Origin: Patellaria atrata CBS 101060
Taxonomy: Eukaryota
DNA: 64,000 nt
Direction of reading: 5' to 3'
NCBI GenBank assembly: GCA_010093705.1
Contig: MU006119.1
Location: forward strand, 73,002-137,001
Positions 23,927 to 37,268 of the stretch are shown piece by piece (position 1 is the stretch's first letter; each line of letters starts with the position of its first letter). The notes beneath the pieces are model-generated. The model did no database searches. It saw only the letters and a program-made list of their open reading frames with translations, and had not been told where the DNA came from. Made by a program: the position numbers and the translations under genes.

Positions 23927-24991
23927 ATGACTTCAGAGAAGGGTACACCTAAAGTCATGGCCCCGAACCACCCAGTTGTCCGGGCTTACACTCGTCCGAC
24001 TCGCGGGTTTCTGGCTCTTTTGCCACACAAGTTCGTACCGTACGCTGAACTGATGCGTGTCGAAAAGCCTGCTGGGTTTTTCACCGCGCTGTGGCCTCAC
24101 ATGTTCGGAACTTTGTATGCTGCGTGCATCATCAATTCACCCTTTCACGACCTACTTATGGCAAATACCATCCTGTTCTTCGGCTCGTTTTTCCTACGCA
24201 GCGGCGCGTGTACTTGGAATGATACTGTTGACGCTCCCTTCGATCGTCAGGTTTCTCGAACTCGTAATCGTCCCATTGCCCGTCGTGCAGTTGGATCGGC
24301 TGATGCAATCGTCTTCGCTGCACTCCAAGGAATGATATGTCTTGTGTTGCTTCTCGAGTTGCCCGATCACTGCTTCTGGTATGCTATACCGTCAGTAATA
24401 GGTCTAATCTTCTACCCCTTTGCCAAACGCGTCATGGATGTACCACAGCTGGTACTTGCCCTTACCTGTGGTTGGGGAATTCTCATTGGTATAACAGCAA
24501 TGGGTATGGATCCCGTTGGTGACGCGATCGCTATTATTTCTCATAAATCAGCCCCAGGTGCCGCTCCGAGTGCGGTGCAACTAGCGAACGCGCTTACTCT
24601 CCCGATCTCTTGTTTTTGCCTCTACCTCGCCAATGTCTCCTGGACCTTGATATACGATACCGTCTACGGCCACCAAGATAGCACTGAGGATGCCGCCGCG
24701 GGAGTTAAGTCAATTGTCCTGACATTGAGTAATAATACGAAGCCTTTACTTGCTATCCTCACTGCTATACAGACACTTCTGTTCTCGATCGCTGGCTGGG
24801 GAGCGGACTTTGGCTTTCCCTACTTCGCTGGAGCTGTTGTCGCCATGGCAGTGAGCCTTGTCATCATGATCTTAAAAGTGGATACCGCGGATAAGCGCAG
24901 CTGCGGATTTTGGTTCCAACGAGGTGTGTACACCACTGGCACGTTAATTCTTTTTGGTTTCGCCGGAGAGTATGCCAGGAAAGCTCTGTAG
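23927..24991 (+). CDS. UbiA-family aromatic polyprenyltransferase (4-HB polyprenyltransferase-like), intronless
   Basis: PYAELMRVEKP, WNDTVDAPFDRQVSRTRNRP (NDxxDxxxD), YPFAKR, YDTVYGHQD...GVKS; multiple hydrophobic helices. Confidence 0.92.
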   Translation: MTSEKGTPKVMAPNHPVVRAYTRPTRGFLALLPHKFVPYAELMRVEKPAGFFTALWPHMFGTLYAACIINSPFHDLLMANTILFFGSFFLRSGACTWNDTVDAPFDRQVSRTRNRPIARRAVGSADAIVFAALQGMICLVLLLELPDHCFWYAIPSVIGLIFYPFAKRVMDVPQLVLALTCGWGILIGITAMGMDPVGDAIAIISHKSAPGAAPSAVQLANALTLPISCFCLYLANVSWTLIYDTVYGHQDSTEDAAAGVKSIVLTLSNNTKPLLAILTAIQTLLFSIAGWGADFGFPYFAGAVVAMAVSLVIMILKVDTADKRSCGFWFQRGVYTTGTLILFGFAGEYARKAL

Positions 24992-26236
24992 GAGATTGGG
25001 GTATAGCGGGTTTATATGGCATATCGAGAGGTGGTGTGAGGCTAGTAGGGGAAGCCATGGTTCTCTTACCCTGCTCTTTAGACGCGGCTCTTTTCACAGC
25101 TTCGGTTGACTCTGTAAGTTACACTGATGGTGCGTTGTGCTTTATACCGAGTCTTCCTCGTACGGAGTTACCTTTGTATGACACATCTAGGAATTATTTT
25201 GCGTTATTCTGCTTTGCTGCGTAATGCTTGAAGTAGTCAAACTCCCTAAGACCAATGTAGTATCTTAATTCCAGCATCAAGAGCCTACTATAATCACTAT
25301 CACGGCACATGCTCTACTGAAGATGCATGGTATGACTACAGTACCTAGAGTAGGCTTATTCTTCACATTACTCTCTATGAATACGCATGCTCAACACGCG
25401 TCCACATGCTCCCAAGAGTATAGAGAGTGATTGGTGGCTGACTGTAGGGACAAATGAACGAAAGAAACAGCTGAGAGATCAAATCGACAGAAGGGGTAAT
25501 GCGCAAAGAAAACCAGTCCTCAAACTCGAGGTGCGTAATAAAATTTGGATGAACAATATTCAATGGACTCTAGATATAGACTTATGATGGAGAACTGATA
25601 CGCGGAAATGGGACCGCTGGCAATTGAGGGAATTGAGTGATTTAGATGTGGATACTGCAAATCCTAGATACCATTAATATGGCGGACGTTTTTGATACTG
25701 TGTACTGTACCTCAGAGGTAGGCGTCGCTGCCCTCAGCTACTGGATCACCAGCGCCGGAATATACGCTAGACAATAAGGTACAGAGTATACCTAAGTGGA
25801 ATGACAGCATGCACTCCGCCTAAACAAAAATTTGATGGTAATTGATGATGTACGGACGCTCGGAGCCTGATTGGACTGTACTGTACCACATGTGGTGGCT
25901 TGACTTGTGAATTAACTAACTCTTAAGAAGTTTGCAAAGCTTGATAACACCATATTATAGACCTCCCACCGTCTGGCCTGAAAGACTGTGGACAATTGCA
26001 CAAGGTGTACCTCCGTACCGTAGAGGGTAGAACTAAAGATGTGATGAAGGGGACGGGAGCTAGAAGAAGCTTTGCCAAGATAGTTGATTTATCCGTAGTT
26101 CTCCCGGCACTTCTTCTCTCATCTTCATCTCTACCTAAGATAGTTTACGTACATTTACAAGTAAAAGTGTGTTTCTGAAACAAGGGAACTATTTGCGGAG
26201 TACAAAAAGCGGCTTAGCAAAAGGATACAACGTATC

Positions 26237-27882
26237 ATGCAGCTTTTTGACCTCCTGATTGATGTCTTTCGCACCTTACTCGACTTTACGATTTTGGCCA
26301 TTGGCTATCGCGAAGCTTACTGCAAATTGAGACCATTTTCAAGTAAGTAAACTAATGAGCAACTGCTGTTTTATTATGATACTTAGAAACCAATCTGTAG
26401 AACTCCTTAACGACGAAGTATTGGTCATGGTTGTAAGTAAGGGGCATTTAGAACGTAATTTGCAGCAGCTCCAGTCTCCAGATCCAATTAACCGAATAAA
26501 TTTTGAAGTATTCATCGATTATGTTTTTCGACGGGTAGAAAGTGACCGCAACGGAGACAACAATGTACCCTCTGCTATTCATGATATAGTTAGTTATTTA
26601 TTATAACGGATTCCGGATTCCACAGAGTCTCTGCGGTAGCGATACACATATGAGCTGTGCAAGGTAGCAGTTTAGCATGCCGGTATACGAACAATTGAGA
26701 TGCTTAGCCCCAATTACATCCCACTGTCAGGAATGCTAGCCTGTGATCAGATCTCATATTCAAATGCAAAATTTGTGGCCGCAGCGCTACTAGGTAGGAC
26801 AGACATACTTATGCAGTCCCTTGACAAGGAGACCGACGTTATGGAAGTACATCTGTATTTTGGAGCGCCTCTCCATAATGCTGCTAAACAAAGCCACCTT
26901 GAAATATGCAAGTTACTCCTCGATAAAGGTGCTGATTGCTCTAAGCCGAAGTGGAAAGAAGGAACGGCTCTCGAAACAATAGCATATCAAGGACAACAAG
27001 ACGAGAACATTTTCTGCCTTCTTGTCAATTACGAAAAGGATCACAGCGATTTAAAAGCCAGATACTGGAGATTACGTACCAAAGCTGTTATAGGAGGACA
27101 CAAAAGGATACTCCAATTTTGTTTCAGCCAGAAAGACGCTGCTCTGTCTCAAACATGAACTTGACCGGTTACAGATCATCGCTACCCACAACGGCCATGA
27201 GCGCTTGGTCGATATGACCATAAAGAGAGAAGCTGATGCAAAAAAGAGCGAGATAACATGGCCGCAGTTCTCTCCCCTAAGTCGAGCTGCTAGCCGAGGC
27301 TACTTCTCTGTTATCAGCACGATCATACGATCTGGAGTGAGCCTCTGTGGAGACTCGGAGCATATGTACATAGGAGCGCAGGCCCTTCAGGCTGCTGCGC
27401 AATTCGGTTCTGCCCGCGCAGTCCTCGCACTGGTAGGGTACGGCGCCGCAGTCAAGAATGATGCTGTGAGTTTCTCAAGAAATCCAACTTGGTACAATGC
27501 AAAGCGCGGCCATGACCATATCATTCGATTGTTCGTCAAAGCAGGATTAGACGTTAATCATCCCCGAGATATTAGCCAACATGCTCTTTGTGCAGCTATC
27601 AGAGGTGGTCATGAGTCTGCAGTATGTATTCTAGTAGCTCTTGGGGTTGATATTAACGGATGCGGCGATGCACGTGGTACCACACAAATGAAATCTGCTC
27701 GATTGCACGAAAAGTCTTCCGCAGATAATCGGATGGTAAATGCAATAATCTCCCTCGGCACCAGTGATGATGTTACATGTAAATACCATAGCCGCCCCAA
27801 TAGAACTATTTGCATCATAAAAGCATGTGTAAGGAAATGCCAGATGATGAGAGTCGCACAGAGGGTATTGAGACAAGAATAA
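26237..27882 (+). pseudogene. Ankyrin-repeat protein with F-box-like N-terminus, disrupted
   Basis: MQLFDLLIDVF start; probable intron 26343-26400; ankyrin motifs GAPLHNAA..HLEICKLLLDKGAD, SPLSRAASRGY, ALCAAIRGGHE..LGVDIN; stop at 26604 and frameshift near 27160-27200. Confidence 0.72.
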
Positions 27883-28867
27883 GCTGAAGTCGTGGTATAT
27901 TCTTTTGAGCGTCACTTATCATCTGGATAACCCTGAGTTAGACTACAAGGAAACATTTCTGAAGAGTAAGAGACTTAAGTTAGCTCTGCCAATTGACCCT
28001 ATTCCCTTTAAACAGACTTACCATGCCAATAGGTAACAGTCCTAGGTCGACCTTGTTGAAAACCACCAAACCTTCGCAGCATCTCAGCGTAGACTGGCAT
28101 AGAATACACTGTGTCTATTCTGCATTGGCCTTTGAAAAGTAGTAATCAAGCCTAGAAAGATTGATGAAAACGTATCATCCTATCATTGTATTTTGACGTT
28201 ATCTGGAAATTGTGAAGCGGATTCTGCCCTGCCCCAGCCCCCAAGCACGAAATCAATACTGAAGGAGGATACCAACGAACTGATGTCAGACCTAGGTTGC
28301 GCCCCATTTAATGATACCAAGGCGAGCCAGGTCATTTATGACTGGCTCCAGAGGAGTCGACCGCGTTGGTTACCCTTAGGATCCGAAGTCTCTTGGGCTT
28401 AGTCAGTCCTATGTGTGTTCGCAGGGCGGGAGTGGACCGTAGTAGGTATCTGGTGTCTAATTACCAATACATCAGGTACTAGCCTCGAAGACGATAATAT
28501 AAGCGAATATATTATTTCTCTGGGAACTGAGGTTCTGTTTAATGGGCTCCGACCCTCCAGATCATGACTAGAAGAGAAGTGTTGATTGCAGCTTGCTTGA
28601 TTTTTACACTCATCTTATTCGAAAATCGCGTACAAGGACAAGAAATGTGCCAATAGGAAGGGTGACAAGTGCGCGGTGGTCTGGCGGACCTGTTGCAGAT
28701 GCATGAAATATATGTGTGGACAACTTGTGGGTCACCCACCTCTACAACTACCTTAGGGCGGCTCAATGCACCGTCTCCGTATGCATAATCCGTACATAAG
28801 ACAAACAGCCGGTCGGGGTATCATCGCCCATCACCTCTAGACGCCCGAAAATAGATATAACAGTGTA

Positions 28868-30042
28868 TTACAAGAAATACTCCGTCTGTACGTCTTTTCC
28901 TTGCTGTTGCTGTTCCGCCCTATGTACGTCGTTCTCGGGTGCTGCTTCAAAAACGTTGAAATATCTTTCACCCTTTTCACCAACTTCAAGTACGGACGCC
29001 ATATTACCGCAGCGATAGCAGTAATTCGGAGCACTCCAGACAGTAGATAGTTTACCATCGAAAAGTTCCTGGTAGCCTTCTTGACATAACTGATGTGCCC
29101 GTAATATGTGTGACATGCTATTCACTCCCAAGAACTTCTGGACAACCTGGCTCCCAAAGGTATACCCTGCACCACGAGGGGAAAGAGAGAATTCATCTCT
29201 TTCAGCATCAGGATCAGACCATACAAGATCCGCCATCGGCCCTTCGTGCGGGATTTCCCGGAACCTATCGATGATCTTGATTTGATCGATTGAATGTATG
29301 GATGGACTTAACCCACCATGAACGCAGAAAACATCATTATTAATGACGACAGAGAGTGTGAGGAAGTCGAACATGTCGGTGAAGTAGTGCCAAACGTTCG
29401 CATTCCCATACTTGCGAGAGCATTCAGTGTAGAATCCGTAAGACTGCGTGACACCCCTTGATTCGTGGTTGCCGCGAATCAGATGTACGCGGTGGGGATA
29501 GCGCAGCTTCAGACAGACAAGAAGAGATATAGTTTCGACGCTAAAAAGGCCACGATCGACATAATCGCCTACGAGTGGAGCATCCGTCAGCTAGCTGTTC
29601 GCCCCTCCGCACAATGTCTAATAAAGGTAGGATATTTAAACGGTAGGAGAGAATTGGGCGTAAGTCCCAGTAGCGGACATTCAGCGGTAATTAACACCAC
29701 AGGGTCGTGGGAAAGTATAGAGCCATACCTAGAAAGAGGTAGTTTGTATCAGGACACCACCCTCCTATTCTGAATATTTCTATCATATCGAAGAATTGAC
29801 CGTGAATGTCACCGACGACTGTTACTGGTGCTGATATGTGAACGACATTGCTCTCTTTCATAAGCAACTCTTTGGTTTTGGCGCATATTGCCTCGATGAC
29901 GGAATCTGCAAGTAACTCCTTGTTATAGAGGCGTGAAATACACTCATCGAGATCGACAGTAGCTATGAATGGCAGAGCGATTAGTTCTACAGCCCATTAA
30001 CATGCTGATTAGGTGAAATTCAATACCTGGGAGACCTGGCAT
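28868..30042 (-). CDS. PPG1: PP2A-related Ser/Thr protein phosphatase Ppg1; 3 exons (30042-30027, 29962-29729, 29568-28868)
   Basis: GDIHGQ, GDYVDRG, RGNHE, HGGLSP, IDQIKIIDRFREIPHEG, SAPNYCYRCGN, C-terminal EYFL. Confidence 0.92.
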
Positions 30043-30933
30043 GACTACGCAGAGTCAAGCTGTGCAGGTGGGGGTTGGGAGCTCTGATTGAGCGAAGGTA
30101 CCAGTATCAATGTCTTACAATCATACTCTATATATCGGAGACCACGGATCAAACGGGGGAAAGGAGAGTAACATGCAAGGACCGGACCTAAGACTCTATG
30201 TAAAGTAACTCTCGAGGTTGTTGTCCGAAAAAAAAAGAAAATGAGATTAACGTGAGAACGGTGAGATGTCGTCAGGTCGCGATGTTGTGCGTGAAAGGAC
30301 TGAAGTTCTCATTTTGGGGGGTGCGAATAATTTTCAGAGCTGGAAAGTTGAGGCGGATAGGGAACAACACCAAAATGTACAATGCCGATCAATTTTCCTC
30401 CTTCCAGCCCAACCACATCTCATCTGTTCGATCCATCTCACAGCACAACAATCCTCATATCCCCTTCAAAAGTCATCGATCCAATGTCTCCTTTCAGAAA
30501 TCCATAAATCCTCTCGAAGTCCTCTTATCTATCACATTTTCTACCTTGTTAATTCTTCCTCTTCCTAAACTCTTCTACTTTCGTCTTTGAGTGAGAGTTT
30601 ATCTTGGCGAAGCACGCCCGGTCTCCCTCTTGGCTATCTACTGGGAGTCCCCAACCCTTTTTTAAATCTCTTGTTCTCCACTGTTCTCAAGAGAGCTACA
30701 TGGATTTGCTCCTGTCCAGGTAGGATTGATGAGCATCAACTTACACCTTTGGCCGATCTATCAGTTTCGGTGAAGGGCGGGTTGGTCTTGCATCTGGCTG
30801 ATCACCGCCGATTCCATTGTCACCTTACAGTTCTTATGAATCACGGGGCTTTCTAGTGTTACACGTCAAACTTTTGATTCTCTCTTTTCCTTCAAGTCAT
30901 TCACAATCTCCTCACCCTCACTCGAAGCTCAAA

Positions 30934-33500
30934 ATGGCAGGGTATGGGCCAGCACCAGTATTTCAGCAGCAAAGCGCACCATACGGGAACGGTGTTGTTA
31001 GCCATGGCCAACCGGCGTATAACCATCATCAGCATGTTGCTCCTCAATATTCGCAGCCTCAACCGGCTTACAATCAACAACCATATGGGGCACAACCAGC
31101 ACCTCCTTCTCAGCAGTACCATCAACCTACCTACCAGCAAGGATATCAGCAGAGTAGACCCCCTCCTCATGCTCATCAACCCCCCAAGTAAGTTCTAACA
31201 TTCATCCAAACAAGACGAATAATTCCATAGACTTCCACATACTCTAAAAGAAGTTCATATCGATTCAATTTTTACTTACTGTGTTACAGCTCATACCCAC
31301 CGGCTAAGAGACATAAGGGTAACCCTGTAATCACGCGATATCCGCCGCCGCCCGGATATCAGACCTCAGGTGGAAGCCCTACCGGCCCACCATATCCCCA
31401 AAATCAATATGGGTCTCAGCAGAGCTATCAGCAAAGCTATTCACCAGCGCAAGGTTTTCAAACTAATGGCACTTATCTGCCTCCTCAGGGATATCAAGGG
31501 CCCCAACATCAGAACTACCAGCAGCAACATTCTAATACTTATCCTGCGCCCCAAAATTCAGGGTATCAAGGTCTACCACAAGGCTCTCAACAATGCTACC
31601 CACATTCTAAATCTTATCCCGCCCAAGATTACTCACAAACTCCCAATTATCCTCATCAGACGCATGGTTATCAGCAAACCTACACCCCGTATCCACCACA
31701 GAGCTCACCAACGGCCACTAGTCCCCAGCATGGATATCCTGCTGTCAGTTTGGAATGGACACAAGGTGCACACCAAGGTCACCCACAAGGCCACCAACAC
31801 GGGTTTTCACAAGAATTTTCGCAAGGTCATCCACAAGCACATATACAAGCTCATCCACAAGCTCATCCACAAGCTCATCCACAAGCTCATCCACAAGCTC
31901 ATCCACAAGCTCATCCACAGGGCTACCAGCAAGGTCATCCGCAAGGTTATTCAAACGGCCCTTTACAAAGTGCTCCACAGTGTGGTTACTCATATCCTGA
32001 TCAAAATAATTCTCAGCCACCTGCTCGCAATGGCCATGATGGCGTCACAGGACAAATATCTAGGAAAGTATCTGATCGCCGTGCTAGTATCAATGCGCAA
32101 CATCCGTCAATGAGCCATTACGATCCTAAGGAATTAATGGAAGACCGCAAGTTCTTCGAAGAAATTGATCGTAGGTATACTCCGAGACCTAATAACATGT
32201 CAATCTTTGTGGAATCAGACGATTGGGAATATGATTTTGATGGACCAATTTGGCCTAAAGGAACGGATCAGGTCGACCAGCAACTTAGCATTGGGGTCAT
32301 AAGTGAGTAATCCGACTCGCGTACGTGGATTGTTTATCTAATAAATGATCAGCATGGCATCCTGCTACAGAGGTTACACGGCCTTTAGCGTCAACTTTCG
32401 ACGAAGCAGAGGCGGCTGCTGCGCAACCTCCACCGCCTAAACTCGGTAATGGCAACTCCGTGTCTATATATTTCACTCTAGAGAACGACCACGAAGCCTA
32501 TCTTAATGTGAGGCAAACCGATGACTGGGTTCATGTCAAGGATGATCTGTCCTTCGTAGAATTTCCGAAGTACCCTCCATTGATTGCTCTTGACCTAGTA
32601 GTCTCACATCGTCTATCCCGCGGAGGTGAAAAAGACAATGATTTCCAAGAAATCAAGCCGGAAGACCATGATGACGGTTGGAACGTAATGGATAATCTTG
32701 AACAGGCGTTGGCCCGAAGTGACTACACCTCTGGGACCAAGTCAGATCACATGAGTGACAATACCTCCTTAACCGCGATAACACCTATATCCAAGACAAA
32801 GCCCAATAAGGATGAGACACAGGAAGAAATTCTTGCTCGGTTAGGTGTTACTGGATCTCCAAAAGCTGCATACCCGACACCTGGTCCGGCCTATCACTCT
32901 ACGTCAAAAAAGAGGTATAATTAAATTTATACATGTTACTTTCAGTCTCGTTCCTTGACTCACTGCTTTAGGTCATTCTCTCAGATGTCACCTTCTGAGG
33001 ATCAAACTTACCGAGAACGCGATGGTGGCTTCATACCAGCTCACCGCGGGTCAGTATCTCAGACAATCCCACCACCTCCTCCGCCTATCCGTCATCGTTC
33101 ACCATCGTATGATCCTTGGAAAGCAGACGAATTACCCAACCATCGTAGCTATGATGGCGCCAGGGAGAGCCCTGCGCGCTCCGATACGAGTCGTCACACT
33201 GCTGTTGGCCCCGATTTTGATACAGTTGCTGAGCCCAACGGTGTAAAGCCTAACGGTGCGGAGCTTAATCATACTTCGGATATCGAACCTGTCCTAGGAT
33301 CACCGAAGCTACAACGTGCTGACAGCAATCCCGGTCGCAAAAGGAGTCTAGCCGAGTACACTGAAGACTTGAAACGGCGACAAGCGGACGATGATACCAC
33401 CAAGAACAAACGACGACAGCCATCCGTAGCTGCTGCTTACAGGTAATGTCCAATCGCCTTAAAATTTATGATTCTAACGTGTTTTAGCCGTCGCTGGTAG
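30934..33500 (+). CDS. Hypothetical protein with Pro/Gln/Tyr-rich low-complexity N-terminus; 5 exons (30934-31187, 31290-32302, 32353-32914, 32972-33442, 33488-33500)
   Basis: Four GT..AG introns join the ORF pieces in frame; motifs KRHKGNPVITRYPPPPGY, WHPA..VTRPL..TF, QEEILARLGVTG, C-terminal AAYSRRW*. Confidence 0.85.
31846..31917 (+). repeat. Coding microsatellite (CAAGCTCATCCA)x6 = (QAHP)6
   Basis: Six perfect 12-bp units with degenerate flanking units. Confidence 0.95.
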
Positions 33501-34195
33501 GTTCAGTATTTGCTGCGTCCATCATAATACGAGCATATCTTCTTGCTTGTAGATTGTAGCGAAGGAACCGAATCACTTGTATCATAATTCATTGCGTTAA
33601 GGAACACAACGGACTCTTTACCCGAGATGTTCCTTTATCATACTCTTTCAGTCACAGTCCGGTGAATCCTATAGTCTTCTCTCAACTGTTATCCTTCTAG
33701 TATGTCGTTAATACCCGGTCTTATGGTCACGAGCTTCGGCGTTTACTATCAATCATATCACAGTTGATCTACTGCCTAGTCTATCTGCATTTGTTGTCCA
33801 GTCAAAAATTTTCAACTTGTTTCAATGTCAGAAAAGCAAGCTAATAAATAATCTTACCAAACTTTGAAGTCATATCAGTCATTATCTCTTGCTTAGTCAA
33901 TTCATCAGTGATCTGCGTCTAGGGTCTATTCTTACATGTTTTCCGAGACCTCAAGCTTTCCTCCAGTCAACCCCGAAGATCGACAGCGAATGGGCTTGGA
34001 ACGGGTGGCATGGTCGTTACCTTCATAATTTATCGAACGTCTCTTTCAGAAGTAGAGAGAAGCCGAAGTTGAGGAATTGAAGCAGAAAAAAGTGTAGAAT
34101 GGATGGGGACTGCGATAGGAGGTGGTCTTGGTGGCTAGGTAGACATTGTCCTGAGCAGGACATCGGAACATGTGTGAAGAAGAATCCGTTCGTCG

Positions 34196-36759
34196 TCATC
34201 TCTCTTTCATTAACATGACTTTCTCGCCCTCGTCGGTTTCACTCCCTTCCCCCTCGGAGTCATCTTCCGTAGTCTCTTCATCTGTTTCTTCCTCGGTCTC
34301 GCCTTCCTCACTATCACTCTCGTCCAACCAGTCATTTAGGGCCTTTTGCTTGTGTCCATTTGTATTGCTCCCTCCCACTACGTTGTTACTTAATGTCTTT
34401 TCGCTCTCCATCACTTCCAGCTTTTCACTTGCCGAGACTTCTCTCTTTTCGCCGTAATTGTTATCGAACCCCTCTTCTCTCAGTCCCGGATTTGGCTCTT
34501 CGCTTTCTTTCACCCAATCTGGTAGCTTCTCGTAACCACGTAAACCCCCAATCCCTCCTTCTTCGCCAACTATCAGGCTGGAGGATCCCAGCAAAAGATC
34601 CCGTCTCGTTTCAGAGGGGCTAGGGGCTTGTGGGACTGGCTTGGGCGCAAGAAGAACCAAGGAAGCAAGTTGAGTAGATGATGGCACAGCGAGAAGGGAT
34701 CGATAAAGACGAGCACGATCCCGCAAATCGTAAGATGTATCGTACCGACTCAACAGTTGGATATATCGCCATATGACAACAATTGGATGCTCTGGGCCCT
34801 TGAGGCTGTCTTCCGCGCTTCTATCAGGTTCATATTTGTTCACTGCGAAGGTTGATTCTCGGAGTCTGTCTTCGTCATCATTTGGTGCCAGAACGGTGGA
34901 GGTTTTAACCTGTGCAGATTGCTCAAAACTTGAAGCTGTCGGCTGCGTGAGGTTCAGATAATGCACGTAGACCTTAGCTGCTAGAAGAACGATTTGCAGT
35001 TTAGCAACTTCAGCTTCGTCTACAAAACCTTTCACAAGAATGCGAAGTACATCGGCTGCAATGTTATTTTCCGGATCAATACCCGCAAACTCACCGACAA
35101 GCCATATGATACTGGCGCGTGCGTACGGGTTAGTCAGTGTGTCAAGGTTCTTCGCCAGCCTAATGACAATGGACTGGTGTGTTGCAGGATCTCGCTGGAT
35201 GAGATGCCGTACAACTTCCAATGACTCCGCTACCAGATGGCCGTCCGGACTATGGATATGTGATAGGAGAAGTCGCAGACACCGTGAGCTGGTCGACCCG
35301 TCACTATTTTGTGCGCATCGACCAACGGCTCGAACGGCCTCACGAACCAATAGCGTATCGTGACCACGCGACAGATGGTCCAATTCACTAAGAATTAGGC
35401 CTTGTAGTGGAGATGTACATAGTGGATATATCAAGGTTAGTAACTCGAGTTTTAGTTGCCAGATGTGTGGAGCATCAGTGCTGCGTACGAGGAAGTGGGT
35501 CGCGTAAGGAACAAATGCTTTGGGTCTGAGAAGGCATACTTGGATGATGTTGTGGAGAGCTATGTACTGGATATCCGAGGCAGAGCGAAGTAGCGCGATT
35601 AAGGGACCAATAGCTTGGTCCACGTGAGAATCGGTTCCGAGATATAGGTAGGTTCGTGTTACAGCAAGGACTACGGCCGAGTTTCTGGATTGAAGAAGCG
35701 AAGCAGCAGACTCCAGTAAAAGCGAAAGATCTGGATCTAGAATTATTTCATCGTAAAAAGCGTCCTTATTACTCGTATTTTCTTCAGACCCAGATGATGA
35801 GCCGTCATAGAATCCTTTAGTATTCGTGCTGGTTCCTCGCTTGTCTATGAGCCTTTTGACCCTCCGTTTCCGCCGTGGAAAGCATCTTCGTGCATAATTG
35901 CCCATAAGGCGTAGTGTATCGAGCTGGCTCCACTCATCCATATCCAGAAGTTTACGTAACAAACTTCTATAATGCGGGTGTATGAGATCGAGGCGGTCAG
36001 GACAAACTTCGAGGAAGGCAGACACAGCTGCACCAGCCACAAAATATTGCTTATCCCCCAACAGCGCCGCTAAGTACTCAATCATTTGCGGCTCAGTCCC
36101 TGGGTCCAGCCTGTAGCACTTTAGTATCGCGAGAGCCGCCGCTTTTCGTACATATGGGCTCATGTCCCCAACACCCCGCTTGATCCCGAGGCTCACAATT
36201 TGGGAGATCACGGGTACACGGATTCCAGACATGACCCGTAATGCGAGAGCGCGTAGTTGTGGATTCTGGTCCGTAAGAGATTTTTGGATACTGTTGATGG
36301 ACAGAAGGGCCGTATCGGGGGAGGATTCGGCATGCTGGAGGAGGTAGGCGTAAACGAGCTTCTTGATTTCAAGGGAGGGCGAGGCAATATTCTTGATGAG
36401 GTGTGTGAAGAGGCTGTGAGTGGGTTCCTGGCGGTATGACATCTAATAGAGCTGTTGTGAGTGCTGCGTTCGTACCCCATTGTAGAATGGAAAGTTAGCA
36501 ATAACTTCGTACCGCTATCACTCGTCTGAGGCCTTCAAGAACATCTCGTTCAGAGCGACTGTCCAATAGCTTCTTGAGATGTACTGTAGACATTCCCCGT
36601 GTCGCAGATCTACGAGCAGCGGTGGCATCACGGGCTGCTTCAAGAGTTAGGTCCCGAGCTGCAATTAGCGGATGCTGTTAGTGACTGGGAGTTAAAACCA
36701 AGATTTTCGAAATCCGTACCTGTTTCCAGCATACTCGAGATTCTAGATATTGACTCCAT
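34196..36759 (-). CDS. APL6: AP-3 adaptor complex beta subunit; 3 exons (36759-36720, 36658-36513, 36442-34196)
   Basis: Adaptin N domain: EIKKLVYAYL...DTALLSINSIQKSL.D.NPQLRALALRVMSGIRVP, DMSPYVRKAAALAI.KCY.LD, DMDEW.Q, RYDTSYDLRDRAR. Confidence 0.93.
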
Positions 36760-37268
36760 CCAGACCTAATGTGTTAAGGTGAGCTCCCTCACGCAGAATG
36801 TATTGAGGTGATGAGTACAGGAGGTGCAGGGATCTATTGGAGGTGGGGCAACAGGTTGCAAGTTCAAACTTCGAGCTTTCATAGAAGTCTAGGATAGACC
36901 GTGCATAGAGACAGGCCATGCATGTAACGTTATAGTATAGCTATAGAAATAGTATAGTTAATAATATCGAATACTAACTACTAAGTATAAAGAATAAAGA
37001 AAGAGAGTTTTATAACTAAGCTAATAAAATTTATAATAATCTAGTTAATCTATTTTTAAATAAATTAATTTTTATTTAAAAATTAAAGTTTAAAAATCTT
37101 TTTTAATTTTAAAAATAAAAAAGTCTTTAATAAATAAATTAAATATAATTTTAATATTATATTATTTATTAATTAAATTTAATTAAAAATTAATATTTTA
37201 ATTTTAATTTTATATATTTATTAATTAAATTTAATTATTAAAAATAATAAAATATTTTAAAATTATTA

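Noticed and set aside
31370..32113. 247-aa ORF with IHKL repeats and antisense VDEL-repeat ORF
   Set aside because: Alternative frames of the QAHP microsatellite inside the spliced gene
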